Shown here in pieces: positions 36,801-54,093 of a DNA stretch of 64,000 nucleotides (positions within the stretch are counted from its first letter, which is position 1; every line of letters starts with the position of its first letter). Both the position numbers and the translations under genes were made by a program. The stretch covers positions 124,001 through 188,000 of the forward strand of contig NIVC01001180.1 in NCBI GenBank assembly GCA_002269645.1, given 5' to 3'. This stretch comes from Macrostomum lignano. Taxonomy: Eukaryota. The notes below the pieces were generated by a model. That model was not told the origin of the DNA. It was given only the letters and a program-made list of their open reading frames with translations, and searched no databases.

Positions 36801-37224
36801 AGCAAATGATTTGTTAAGCCTATCTGCAAGAGTTGGGGTGCACCAGATTTCTAGTCAAAGGTCTCCCTGGACCAACTGCTGCATCATGGGGAGTATGGAA
36901 GATGAAAAAGCAGCTGGGAGAAAATTTCAGGTACAAAAGGCCAGGCCAGCTCAGAATGGAGACTGCGTGACCAAATCCTTCTAGCCAAGGGTGTTGTTGC
37001 GTCTTGCTTCTCCCCTCTCTCTCCACTCTGGGGATTAGTTGACAAGCCGACAAGGGCGCACGCACAAGTGGGAACTGTATAAAGAGGGGGATCGGTTAGG
37101 TGAGGGACGGGATCGGAGGTATCTGAGTCCGGATCAAAGCCACTCCAAAGTCATCAAGGATGCGGCAGAGTTCCTTACTTTTACAAGAAACAAAACTTTA
37201 CCAACTGATTTCTTAAAAAATGCC

Positions 37225-39050
37225 TAAAAGTCCTACAAATCTGCTAATTACAATTCTACACACAAATCCTCACAAATTTGCTAAAGTCTGCCAAAACACA
37301 GTCCCACAAATCTGCCAAAACACAGTCCTACAAATCTGCCAAAACACAGACCTACAAATCTGCCAAAACACAGTCCTACAAATCTGCCAAAACACAGTCC
37401 TACAAATCTGCCAAAACACAGTTCTACAATCTGCCAAAACACAGTCCTACAAATCTGCCAAAACACAGTCCTACAAATCTGCCAAAACACAGTCCTACAA
37501 ATCTGCCAAAACACATTCCTACAAATCTGCCAAAACACAGTCCTACAAATCTGCCAAAACACATTCCTACAAATCTGCCAAAACACAGTCCTACAAATCT
37601 GCCAAAACACAGTCCTACAAATCTGCCAAAACACAGTCCTACAAATCTGCCAAAACACATTCCTACAAGTCTGCCAAAACACAGTCCTACAAATCTGCCA
37701 AAACACAGTCCTACAAATCTGCCAAAACACAGACCTACAAATCTGCCAAAACACAGACCTACAAATCTGCCAAAACACAGTCCTACAAATCTGCCAAAAC
37801 ACATTCCTACAAGTCTGCCAAAACACAGACCTACAAATCTGCCAAAACACAGACCTACAAATCTGCCAAAACACAGACCTACAAATCTGCCAAAACACAG
37901 ACCTACAAGTCTGCCAAAACACAGTCCTACAAATCTGCCAAAACACATTCCTACAAGTCTGCCAAAACACAGTCCTACAAATCTGCCAAAACACAGTCCT
38001 ACAAATCTGCCAAAACACAGTCCTACAAATCTGCCAAAACACAGTCCTACAAATCTGCCAAAACACAGTTCTACAATCTGCCAAAACACAGTTCTACAAA
38101 TCTGCCAAAACACAGTCCTACAAATCTGCCAAAACACAGACCTACAAATCTGCCAAAACACAGTCCTACAAATCTGCCAAAACACAGTTCTACAATCTGC
38201 CAAAACACAGTCCTACAAGTCTGCCAAAACACAGTCCTACAAATCTGCCAAAACACATTCCTACAAGTCTGCCAAAACACAGACCTACAAATCTGCCAAA
38301 ACACAGACCTACAAATCTGCCAAAACACAGTTCTACAATCTGCCAAAACACAGTCCTACAAATCTGCCAAAACACATTCCTACAAGTCTGCCAAAACACA
38401 GACCTACAAATCTGCCAAAACACAGTCCTACAAATCTGCCAAAACACAGTCCTACAAATCTGCCAAAACACAGTCCTACAAATCTGCCAAAACACAGACC
38501 TACAAATCTGCCAAAACACAGTTCTACAATCTGCCAAAACACAGTCCTACAAATCTGCCAAAACACAGTTCTACAAGTCTGCCAAAACACAGACCTACAA
38601 ATCTGCCAAAACACAGTCCTACAAATCTGCCAAAACACAGTCCTACAAATCTGCCAAAACACAGTCCTACAAATCTGCCAAAACACAGTCCTACAAATCT
38701 GCCAAAACACAGTTCTACAATCTGCCAAAACACAGTTCTACAAATCTGCCAAAACACAGTCCTACAAATCTGCCAAAACACAGTTCTACAATCTGCCAAA
38801 ACACAGTTCTACAAATCTGCCAAAACACAGTCCTACAAATCTGCCAAAACACAGTCCTACAAATCTGCCAAAACACAGTCCTACAAATTTGCCAAAACAC
38901 ATTCCTACAAGTCTGCCAAAACACAGACCTACAAATCTGCCAAAACACAGACCTACAAATCTGCCAAAACACAGACCTACAAATCTGCCAAAACACAGTC
39001 CTACAAATCTGCCAATCTGAAACAAAAAAGTTTCCCACAAATCTACATAA
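37225..39050. repeat. 24-bp (occasionally 23-bp) minisatellite TCTGCCAAAACACAGTCCTACAAA, ~75 copies
   Basis: Direct; source of the spurious 580-633 aa ORFs. Confidence 0.98.
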
Positions 39051-39879
39051 AAACTGGCTACACAAGAAAGGAAGCAGAATGGCAGCACAACTTATGCAAG
39101 AGTATTAAACAAATCATTTAGTCAAAGGGATGCATAGTCTATTTTTGAAAAAGGCGACAGCAATTATTATTATTATTTAGCTCTGAATAGAACCGGCCTG
39201 AAGAAAATTAACAAAGAACATCTGTTAAAGCCCTCGTCCATTTAAACAAACACGCACAAGAATGAGTCCGTTCAAAGTTTTAGCCGAGAAAAACGCCACA
39301 TACGGCTATAGAATACCGTAGGATTCATAAAAAAGGAAAATTATTAAACAAGCAAAAGCGGCCAGGTTACTAGACATTAATCATGCAGCACCTAAATCCC
39401 TGTATAAAAAATTCAATAATTTGACTCAACGAAGACTTAGAAGATAAAAAAGTAGATAAGTTTTCAATAATTCCAACAAGCAACTTCAGTATTGATAAAT
39501 ACATTATTGGTAAATAGAAATGGCAGAGAAAAAATCAGACCAACATTAATTATTATCCGCACCATACTACTAAACCAAAGCCACACGCACAGAGTAGTAT
39601 ATAGTGGAAATCTGTCAAGTTCACCAAGTCATAAATTACAGGAATTCACTAGGATTTATTAGTCAATCTAAAAATGATTAGAAAAGCAAGCTGATGGCTA
39701 ATGCTGGTGACACGAATTAAATAAATCATAAACAAACAATTAGTAATGAAATTTCATACGCCAAGTATCTTTTTCTACAAGAACTTTCACGTGGTCCTGC
39801 TGACTTAGTTGTATGAGCAATCAATGCTCTACTCTCTAGGCTCTGTGCACAAGCCCAAAATGAATGATAGCATCTGAAG

Positions 39880-40050
39880 GCTGCGTACTGGGGGTCGCCA
39901 CATAACACCCTCAATTACCCCAGCTAATGCTGGCACCCGTTTTACAAGTGTCTTGCTCAAGGACACAGATTGTTCCAAGTGGGTCGAGAATCGAACCCCC
40001 GACCTTTCAGTCGTGAGTCTGACGCTCTAACGAATAAACTACAGCCACTA
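39880..40050. mobile_element. SINE-like remnant with degenerate tRNA-related segment
   Basis: Minus strand 40046-39981 has A-box-like TAGTTTATTCGTTAGAGC and B-box GGTTCGATTC but no acceptor stem; adjacent stem-loop GTGTCTT-GCTC-AAGGACAC (39948-39966) resembles SINE/LINE tail motifs. Confidence 0.55.
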
Positions 40051-40864
40051 CTAGCCTAATCACCACCTCCTCACACGAGCACCACCACTCTACTGCTCCC
40101 AAGTCAGCCAGCAGGAGCACCTTTATAGCGATCACAACGTTAAAGACAGGCCAGCCCTAAGCTGGTTTAAGGAAAGCAAGAACTAAAAAATGAAGCTATA
40201 AATATAGATATAAATATATATAAGCGGATATAGATAAGGCATATTATCAGAGAAGGAACAGCGCAATAGAGAATCAATGGAATCAGTAGCAATAGGCAGT
40301 ATTTATTCACAAACAACTGATGACAATTGTGCATTAATTGCATATCAGCGCAACTGTCTACCGAAAGAACGGAAATTATTATAAAATTGAAAAAAATATT
40401 AGAACACCAATTCACCAATAAAATTCGATTTTGACGTCGTGCTCGGAACTTTCTAATAGTTCTTATCCATTGCAGTGTTAATATTGATTGATCAAGATAT
40501 ATGGCGCAATTTGTGTTTGCAAAGGCCATAAAAGTACACACACTAATATTTGTACTATTAGGTAAGACGCGGCCTAATCAAACTGGAGTTCGATATGTAC
40601 AGAATAAGCAGAGAATTATTTAAGTTCAAATACTTATGAAAAATTAGTATATTTACTTATTTAAAGTATTTACAAGTGACTAATTTTATTATCACAATAA
40701 AATTTCTTTGTCAAAATAAGACTGACCCGCACAGTGATAGCAGGGGCTATAAAAGTTATGAGTCAGCGGGCGACTCGTATTAGCATGGTTGTACTGTAAA
40801 TTGGTGAAGCGGTTACAGAATAACACCACTTACTGTACGGTATTGATATGTAACTTCTACCATT

Positions 40865-42345
40865 GGCTAGATTAGCAATCCATTCCATCCTTCATTATTG
40901 ATGTAGACTAGATTAGCAATCCATTCCATCCTTCATTATTGATGTAGACTAGATTAGCAATCCATTCCATCCTTCATTATTGATGTAGACTAGATTAGCA
41001 ATCCATTCTATTCCTTCATCATTGATGTAGGCTAGATTAGCAATCCATTCTATTCCTTCATCATTGATGTAGGCTAGATTAGCAATCCATTCCATTCCTT
41101 CATCATTGATGTAGGCTAGATTAGCAATCCATTCTATTCCTTCACTGATGTAGGCTAGATTAGCAATCCATTCTATTCCTTCATCATTGATGTAGGCTAG
41201 ATTAGCAATCCATTCTATTCCTTCATCACTGATGCAGGCTAGATTAGCAATCCATTCTATTCCTTCACTGATGTAGGCTAGATTAGCAATCCATTCTATT
41301 CCTTCATTGATGTAGGCTAGATTAGCAATCCATTCTATTCCTTCATTGACGTAGGCTAGATTAGCAATCCATTCTATTCCTTCATTGACGTAGGCTAGAT
41401 TAGCAATCCATTCTATTCCTTCACTGATGTAGGCTAGATTAGCAATCCATTCTATTCCTTCATCACTGATGCAGGCTAGATTAGCAATCCATTCTATTCC
41501 TTCATTGACGTAGGCTAGATTAGCAATCCATTCTATTCCTTCATTGATGTAGGCTAGATTAGCAATCCATTCTATTCCTTCATCACTGATGCAGGCTAGA
41601 TTAGCAATCCATTCTATTCCTTCATTGACGTAGGCTAGATTAGCAATCCATTCTATTCCTTCATTGATGTAGGCTAGATTAGCAATCCATTCTATTCCTT
41701 CACTGATGTAGGCTAGATTAGCAATCCATTCTATTCCTTCATTGACGTAGGCTAGATTAGCAATCCATTCTATTCCTTCATCACTGATGCAGGCTAGATT
41801 AGCAATCCATTCTATTCCTTCATTGACGTAGGCTAGATTAGCAATTCATTCTATTCCTTCATTGATGTAGGCTAGATTAGCAATCCATTCTATTCCTTCA
41901 TCACTGATGCAGGCTAGATTAGCAATCCATTCTATTCCTTCATTGACGTAGGCTAGATTAGCAATCCATTCTATTCCTTCATTGATGTAGGCTAGATTAG
42001 CAATCCATTCTATTCCTTCATCACTGATGCAGGCTAGATTAGCAATCCATTCTATTCCTTCACTGATGTAGGCTAGATTAGCAATCCATTCTATTCCTTC
42101 ACTGATGTAGGCTAGATTAGCAATCCATTCTATTCCTTCATCACTAATGCAGGCTAGATTAGCAATCCATTCTATTCCTTCATCACTGATGCAGCCTAGA
42201 TTAGCAATCCATTCTATTCCTTCACTGATGTAGGCTAGATTAGCAATCCATTCTATTCCTTCATCACTGATGCAGCCTAGATTAGCAATCCATTTTATTC
42301 CTTCATTGACGTTGGCTAGATTAGCAATCCATTCTATTCCTTCAC
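40865..42345. repeat. 39/42-bp minisatellite CTAGATTAGCAATCCATTCTATTCCTTCATTGATGTAGG
   Basis: Direct; immediately 3' of the BCAS3 coding region. Confidence 0.97.
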
Positions 42346-42577
42346 ACCTATGTTGAATTCTGCATAGATTTGCATTATTTCAAATCAATTAAGCAAATCA
42401 ATCAATCAATCAAATCAATCATACGGTTAATAAAAGCCGGAAAAAGATACCATTAAAAAACGTCAAGAAATCCTGACACGAATCGGCACCAAAGGAAACC
42501 CCCTTGCACATTCAGTAGCTGGTCAACAACTAGAGAGAACAGGTCAATGAGACCCAAACCACAGACAGCACCCCTGC

Positions 42578-47093
<4,516 letters not shown>

Positions 47094-47124
47094 ATAGGAG
47101 CGCAGTAGCACAAGCTCATGATAT

Positions 47125-47179
47125 TGCGCGCTTATGACATTGCGCGCTTGTGCTATTGCGCGCCTGTGATAGTGCGCGC
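47125..47179. promoter_or_regulatory. Four TGCGCGC boxes at exact 16-bp spacing upstream of the BCAS3 start
   Basis: TGCGCGC at 47125, 47141, 47157, 47173; regulatory role is inference from position. Confidence 0.4.
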
Positions 47180-48809
47180 TTATAATATTCGGGCACAGCA
47201 ATGTTGAAGTGGGTAAAAAGTACTACTGTTAATTTAATAATATAGTAAAAAATAATCAACTTACTTAAACTGTTCGGCATACACAGTGCTGCCAGAGAAT
47301 GCATGCTTTTGCTGTGCCATTGTAGGCAAGTTTGATTAGTTCAACTGACAAATAATTAACTCATAGTCTGCAAAGTATAGGGTTATACAATGTCAAAATC
47401 TTTCAAAAATATAATATAAAGAATATACAAAGTCACTAGGGTTTGGGACTCAAGCAACAGATTTTTTATGCCACATGCACTTTGTATGGTTGGGGTAGTG
47501 GAGGCTAAAGTTAAGAATAATTCAGACCAAGCTAGCATAAAAAGCTCATGAAGGTCATTTATAGCCATGGGAAGTTATATGAAATTAACTACAAAGCTAC
47601 AGATAGGCTACAAGAAAAAAATTAAGCATAGATATGGATATGATTAAGAAAATTTTTAATTATAACTGCCCTCTAATATAAGCATATTTTTATTTTTGAC
47701 AAACACTAGTAATATGCCATATATGATTTATAAAAATGCAGATATAATAAAAAGGGTACAGCTATTTAAATATTTTAAACTTGCTTTACTAATAGACTAA
47801 ATACTCCTCATGTTATTTTATATTTTTTATCTAAAATCAATGCATTTTAAGAATATTGCATAGTAGAGTAGCTCTTATTTAATCTTACCATGGCCTTTAT
47901 TAATGTCTAGTACTAGAAAAATAGAAAAAGAAAGTTTGTGTTTCTTTCTAGTGCTAAACAAATAACTACAGCATTATTTTCCCAATATGTTGCAATACCT
48001 AGAGTAGCCTAGTGACCCTAACATTGACTTACTGTGTTTGCATAGTTGAACCTAGAGCCAAAGGCAGAAAGAATGACTTGGTTACCTTAGACCAAATTGT
48101 AATTATATCATAAAAATGAAAATGGCAACCTGTTTTTTTCAATTTTTACTGCTATATATATGTAAAATACACTGCTTAGCTTATATATCTAAAAATCAAA
48201 CTTGAATAAAAGAGTCAAATCTCATAAACCAAGTCACATTTTCTCCTTTGGCTCTCAATACAACAATACAAATCAGCTAATAAATTAATGCCAAGGCCTC
48301 TAAATTACTAAACTATACTACAAAATTAAAGCATTTGACTATACCTATAAAATTACCTTTTGTGTCTTACGAGTTTTATATAGTTGATCTTGTTTTAAAT
48401 AAAAAATATTTTTGAATTGAATTTTATTTATTAAACAATACCATTTGTTCATTTATATAGATTATAGGATTGTTTTATAAATGTCCCTATTTTTGCTAAT
48501 ATAGTAACTGCTGATTATCAAAATAGTTAGTTTTTCTTAAACTAGTTCAAAGTGTCTAGATTGCTAAAATGACTATTACCCCTTTTAAGTGTGGCTATTA
48601 TTATAATAGCTTCATAATTCTAGAATTAGAAGCTTATGAATGTATTTTTAAACTTTATTCACTTAAATCTTTAGCTATTTTAATTTTGTGCATAATATAT
48701 TTTATGATTAAAAATATCGTTATTTAAATTAGATTATATTTCTAAAAAAACTCTACTTATATTTGAATTTGAATATGCAAGTTAATCTTTTTGTAAGTAA
48801 TTGGGAAGA

Positions 48810-49165
48810 TGCTTGTTATATAAGGAGTGTTTGCTTTTTAGGGATGCTTGCTATTTAGGGATGCTTATTATTAGGGGATGTTTGCTATCTAGAGATACTC
48901 ATACTTGCTATTGGGAAGATGCTTGCTATTGAGGGGATACTTACTATTTTGGAGGGTATGCTGCTAAAGGTTGCTTGCTATTGGGAGATGCTTACTTTCT
49001 AGGGATACTTGCTGTTAGGAGAGATGCTTGCTATTTGGAAGATGCTTGCTATATAAAAGATCTTACTTTCTAGGGCTGCTTGCTATTGGGAGTGCTTGCT
49101 ATTTAGTGTTGCTTGCTCTTGGGAGATACACTTGCTATCTGGTAGGGGTGCTAGCTATCTAGGGC
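48810..49165. repeat. Degenerate short tandem repeat (GATGCTTGCTATT-like)
   Basis: Recurrent GATGCTTGCTAT/GATACTT motif at ~20-bp spacing. Confidence 0.8.
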
Positions 49166-49848
49166 AATAGCATATATAGAAGAGGGCCAAAAGGCCATGG
49201 CTTCCCTAATTGCTGGAAGGGGATTGATAGAGGTTTTGCCAGAGGCAACTAGCCAGAGAGAATACCAAAAAGGTCCTTTATTGTTGTAACTTGTTGGTAC
49301 AGATAATACTCCTAGTCTGTTTGCACTTTCCCCCTAATGGAAAATCCTATACATACCATTGATCTAGGAATTCTTTCTATTTAGTGATGCTTGCTATCTA
49401 AGGAGATGCTTTATATTTAAAGGGAATGTCTACTATCTTATAAAAGCTTTTTTGTTATGTCCTTGTATTACTTTTAGAAAAGAGATTTATAGAAAACATC
49501 TTTGTTAGTGTCAATTTTATTTTGAATAAGGGGATTTATAGAACCAAAGGAAAAATTGGTTCTTATAAAATTGTGTCTTTAAATTGGATTTGCAACTTAA
49601 GCATACTTTTAACGACTTTACAGCCTTAGAGTTATTAAATATTTGCCAAAGAGTCATTAGAGTTGCCTTAGAATTGCTTGCTTTGAACCAAATTTCCTAG
49701 GGGATCTTAGGGATTTTTTTTTCATTTCTTTGTTGTCTTTATTAATGGGAAAGAAATAAAATAACTGTTAAACTATGATTTAAAGTGAAGCTTTAATAGA
49801 TATCAAAGCTTATAGTAAGTACTGAAGTCAAATATCTTAGGTTAGAAG

Positions 49849-50163
49849 CAAGGGCAGATTTAAGGAGGGGGCAGATAGGGGAAAGCAGCTATCCCCTCAA
49901 AATAGCTCAATAAAATATATTGCACCCTCTAAAAACCTAAGTTTGCACCCTTTAAACTAGATTTTTTGCCCCCAAACACCTTTTTGCATGTTTAAGCTTG
50001 ACTTTTAATCCAATACATGCATTTTTTGTGCTTTTGAGCTTGATTTTTTGCTTTCTATATGCATTTTTGTACCCCTAAGTTAAAAATTAGTGCCCCTTAT
50101 ACTTGTATTGGCACCTTAAACTTGGACCACCCCTTTTAAAATGAAACTCTAGATTCCCTACTA
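49849..50163. mobile_element. Old hAT-like MITE with 8-bp TSD
   Basis: GTTAGAAG at 49841-49848 and 50164-50171; degenerate termini CAAGGGCAGATTT / reverse complement TAGTAGGGAATCT; G-run after the left end. Confidence 0.6.
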
Positions 50164-50652
50164 GTTAGAAGGTTAGGCTTTTAGAACTAGTGCACTAATG
50201 CTTTAATTAACAATAAAGGTTTAAACCTTAGATTATTTACAAATTAACTGCTTTTTTCCTTGCCTTCCTAATAGAAAGGGATAGATTGCTAATAGAAAAC
50301 TCATTATTTATGTCTATAGCTTTTTATAAAATAAAAATTTTTATATCTTAGAAAATTTAATAAGATTAAGCCAATAATGACTAAGATAGAATTCTTGCTT
50401 GGGGGAAGGGAAAAAATAGGATAACTTAGAAGCATACAAATGTATATAAGCATATATACACCTTAGTTTAAGAGTATACAAATAAGCCCATTTTTGGTGT
50501 ATAAGCCTATATGAATTTGACAAGTAGGCACAAGTGCATAATGACTTGTCTAAGAATCTTGAAAGAATGACCATATAAAAAAACTTGGTAATAATTACTC
50601 TTATATTATAAATTTGTCTAATAAAATAAGCTATTTTTGGCATTATAAAATT

Positions 50653-51771
50653 GGGTGCTGGTAATTTTGTCAACTGCTAGTTTGTCAACTGGGTTAACGA
50701 ATTGACTAACATTTTAAGGTGGTCTCACTTGCAGTTGACGAAACGACCAAGGTTTTAGATTGGTTCATTAGTCAGTTGACGAAATAACCTGAGAATGTTA
50801 GTTACTTCGTCTACAGTTTGCAAATAACCTATGTACATCAACTAACGCATGTCATATATCCACTTATTACCTTTGTTATTATCGGGTATTATTCCAGAAA
50901 CTCCCAGATTTCCCGGAATGTTCTCTATTAATTTGTATACATATGCAGCAAGCATGCCGCTACAAAGGCAAGATTGATCTTTCACGCTTTCTACCTTCTT
51001 CTTCAACAACTGAATTCACCACAAAAAGAACCACCGATGAACCAACTGACTTCTCTCAATGCATCTTTGCACCCACCCCCAAACTGACAACGTGCCCTAT
51101 CTCTGAGGCTTTTCATATTACCGATTCTAGAATCAGAATCGGTTCGGATCTTCCAAGAAAAACAGCAGTATAACTATTTAATTCTGTTGAATGTTTGACT
51201 GCCTTAACAACCCCACTTAGCACAATTTTCACTTTCTTCTTGGTGATTGTCATTCAATAATAAAAACTTTATAGCACGTATCTTCCTCTAGTTATAGAGA
51301 AAAAAAGTTATACTTCACAAATTGGTTCTGGTTCTGGAACCAGAACAAGCAATATGAAAAGGCCCTCTGTAACTTGAACCAGGGCCCCTTGCGCTGACAC
51401 CTGTTCTCTCAATCCATCTTCGCACCCACCTCCCAAATTGACAACGTGCCCTGTCTCTGTAACTTGAACCATCTTTGTGATTTTGTGCAATGCATTTTCC
51501 TTTTTTACCATACAAACTGTATCTTTGTGGCAGTAACTCCGCCATTGTCTGGTCCCAAGCCATAGAATGAGAAAGGAGGGCTGCATGCGGGGCGTGTATT
51601 ATTGGCAGTTGACGAAGTGACCAAAAGTTGACATTGTCCCATTGAACAGTTGACGAAATAACCAAGCTTTGAAAGTATCATATTGGTTGGTTGACGAAAC
51701 GACCAATATGGGGAACGGGTTGACAATGTGTCCAGTTGACGAAATGGCAGTTGACGAAATGACTAGGATCC
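50653..51771. mobile_element. Non-autonomous TIR element (MULE-like) with GTTGAC subterminal repeats
   Basis: 8-bp direct flanks ATAAAATT (50645-50652, 51772-51779); imperfect ~40-bp TIRs starting GG (GGGTGCTGGTAATTTTGTCAACTG vs GGATCCTAGTCATTTCGTCAACTG); many GTTGACGAAA copies. Superfamily is inference. Confidence 0.7.
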
Positions 51772-52104
51772 ATAAAATTCTAGTATTATAAAGCCTTTTT
51801 ACCAAACAAAATTAGGCCCCTATGACAATAATTTATAGGACTAGCTTTTAGGACTAGTCTCAATAGGCCTATTGATGACAACATACAAAAAACAAGTAGT
51901 AGAGGTAGATAGGCCTATATCAATTTTTATTTAAATTATGTTATATAATGACCTATGTTATATAATGCTTACATTGTAAGTCTATAAGAAAGATTTTAAT
52001 AGATGACCTTATACCTTTTGATGGATACCCAAAGTCCTAAATCAATGGTTGATAATAATTAAATTTACATAAGAAGGGCGGGCCTAGCAGTTATAGGTCA
52101 CAGG

Positions 52105-52768
52105 TGTCGTAGGTCTCTTTCTTCTGTCCTCCAACTATCCCACTATTGCCACCAGCTGTGACAGGTGTTATTCCTCTGTCTTTCTAAACTTTTATAACTA
52201 TTAGTGTTTATTAAATGTCCTACAAGCTGCCACCAAAGTTGTACAGGTGTTGTCTGCTTAACTAAAGTTATCCTGATTGTATTTCTGTTTTCACTCCCTA
52301 ACTGTTTCTTAGAATCTCATATATTTTCTGGGTATCTATGTATTAGTCTGGTAGCGTCTTATGTATTAGTCTGGTAGCGTTCTATGTATTAGTCTGGTAG
52401 CGTTCTTAGTATATGGCCTGAGCGGTCTTACTGGTATATGTCTCTCCAGTCTGGGCGTTACCGAGATTAGAGGGTCACAGCGATTACTCTTAGTACTCTC
52501 TTTGCATGAATTCCCAATTCTGACTTTCAATACTTTTTAAAATGAGCAAAGATCTGAGAATGTTTATCGAACACGTTTTGAGCTTATAGCTATCGAACGA
52601 GTTATTCTTTTCTTGCCTACACTTCTCTTCCTTTTATACTAGTTGATCGCGTGTATTTTAAACAAATTGTTACAAGTTGAAAATATTTTGAGTATTAAAA
52701 CAACAAATATAAATTTCGCGCTAATTTGAAAAACGAGTTTATAAGAAACAAAAGGTACCGCTATTACA
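52105..52768 (-). repeat. 3' LTR
   Basis: TGTCGTAGG...CTATTACA; AATAAA (minus) at 52207-52212; TATAAAAG (minus) at 52631-52638; internal 3x ~22-bp repeat TATGTATTAGTCTGGTAGCG. Confidence 0.95.
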
Positions 52769-52769
52769 A

Positions 52770-52782
52770 CCTTCCTCCTCTT
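52770..52782 (-). other. Polypurine tract (AAGAGGAGGAAGG)
   Basis: Purine run abutting the 3' LTR on the element strand. Confidence 0.85.
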
Positions 52783-53149
52783 AAACTAAATTTCAAACAA
52801 ATAAAATGCAGTGAGAAATTTATAAAACTGTCATAGCCACAATAGTACATTTAGTGTAAGCAAATGCAGATAGATCATATGAAAACAAAGCACACTAGAA
52901 AATGGTTCAGTGCAAACAAGATATAGTATTATAAAGGCAGAAGTAAAAATGCGAGCACATATTAAAGTCAATTGGTATACTAGCATTAGGCAAAATTGTA
53001 AAAGTTATCAACATCAACATATTTAGGCTAAGAGTGCAAAAAGGTGCTAAAGAACAATAAAGCATGGTGCATAAAACATGGTGCAAGAAATAAGGCTTGA
53101 TATAGTAAAAGTGGCAACCTATGATCAGTTTAAAGTCAATAGTTCATAC

Positions 53150-53982
53150 TTAGAATTCACAGTACTGAGGTAGCTCCCTGTAGAACGGCCAACCGATCTG
53201 CGCGAAGCACCAGCGCAACTCGATGTTCAGCAACTGGCGCTGAGCTGGTCGGGCGTCGCTCCGAAGGGTCTGCTGTAGCCGTTCAGCGACCTCCTGGAGC
53301 AGCGCCACTGCCTCCAGGTGGGTGAACTGTTCGCGCAGGACTCGCAAATGCGGCCAGACCTGGGATCTCTGCGGAAGAGCTTCGTCGAGTCTAGAAAGGC
53401 GATTCTCATCAAGTACTGATGGATGCCGTGGCGCGGGCGTTCCACCTCGGCGCCTCTGGCCTCTATCAGTTGGCGGACTACAGCTCGGTGGTCTTGAGGC
53501 GGGCCTTGCTGTGGTGGACGCGCAGGAGCATTCGGGCGGGATGGCCGAGATCTTCTCCCAGAAGGCGGCGCCTCCGCAGGAATCGCCATCTGAGCAGAGC
53601 GGCCGCAAGCGCCTCCAGCTCGAATCACGCACGACTTGACCGGGGTGGCCGCCTGGCGTTCTAGTAGGGCGGCCCTCTTCCTTTCTGGCCCATTGTCCTG
53701 ACTGGCGGCGGGAGCTGGAGAGCTCGGTCTCTGCCGCTTGGAAGCTGAGTCTCCACCAGGGGGCCTCGGTCGAGTCGGCTGTCTCAACGGAGCCTCGATC
53801 TCCTGGCGCTCTCGCCGATCTCGCTCTTGCTGTTCGCGATGTTCTCGCTCTCGCCTTTCGCGTTCTTCTCGCTCTCGCCTCTCGCGTTCTTCTCGCTCTT
53901 CTTGCTGTTGTTGCTCCGGTTGCTGCTCGTCACTCTCTAGCAGAGCTTGAAGAAATGAATCGATATCGTCGTTGTTGTCCAT
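53150..53982 (-). CDS. Accessory ORF of the LTR element (acidic LxxLL N-terminus, E/R-rich repeat, helical C-terminus); frame-broken
   Basis: ATG at 53982; ORFs 53227-54000 and 53150-53632 overlap in different frames; GC-rich coding-like island inside an AT-rich element; no family recognised. Confidence 0.6.
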
Positions 53983-54085
53983 TACGATTTCTTCGCACAA
54001 TTCTCTGTATAGGTCTTTGCAGAGGTCTCGGAACCGTTCTTCGGATGTGTGAACTATGGGAGCCTGCTAGCGGTCAGGGAGTTTG

Positions 54086-54093
54086 TATTTATA
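54086..54093 (-). promoter_or_regulatory. TATA box (TATAAATA) of putative internal promoter; CRE palindrome TGACGTCA at 54391-54398
   Basis: TATA ~110 nt upstream of ATG 53982, with an Inr-like CATAGTT ~30 nt downstream of it. Confidence 0.55.

Noticed and set aside
37220-39121. 633-aa and 580-aa ORFs (SAKTQSYK/NLPKHSPT/ICQNTVLQ repeats)
   Set aside because: Translations of a 24-bp stop-free tandem unit; several frames on both strands are open, and frames switch at 23-bp units.
39981-40046. Functional tRNA gene
   Set aside because: No acceptor-stem pairing, and the T and anticodon arms are irregular; treated as SINE-like.
47383-47568. Nuclear-receptor LBD-like motif (D..LF..AWSELFL)
   Set aside because: Isolated short match in AT-rich CpG-void DNA; flanks do not fit LBD helices, a stop lies just upstream, and no zinc-finger exon is nearby.
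53150-54000. env gene of the LTR element
   Set aside because: No signal peptide, furin site or transmembrane helix; composition is charged and nuclear-like.
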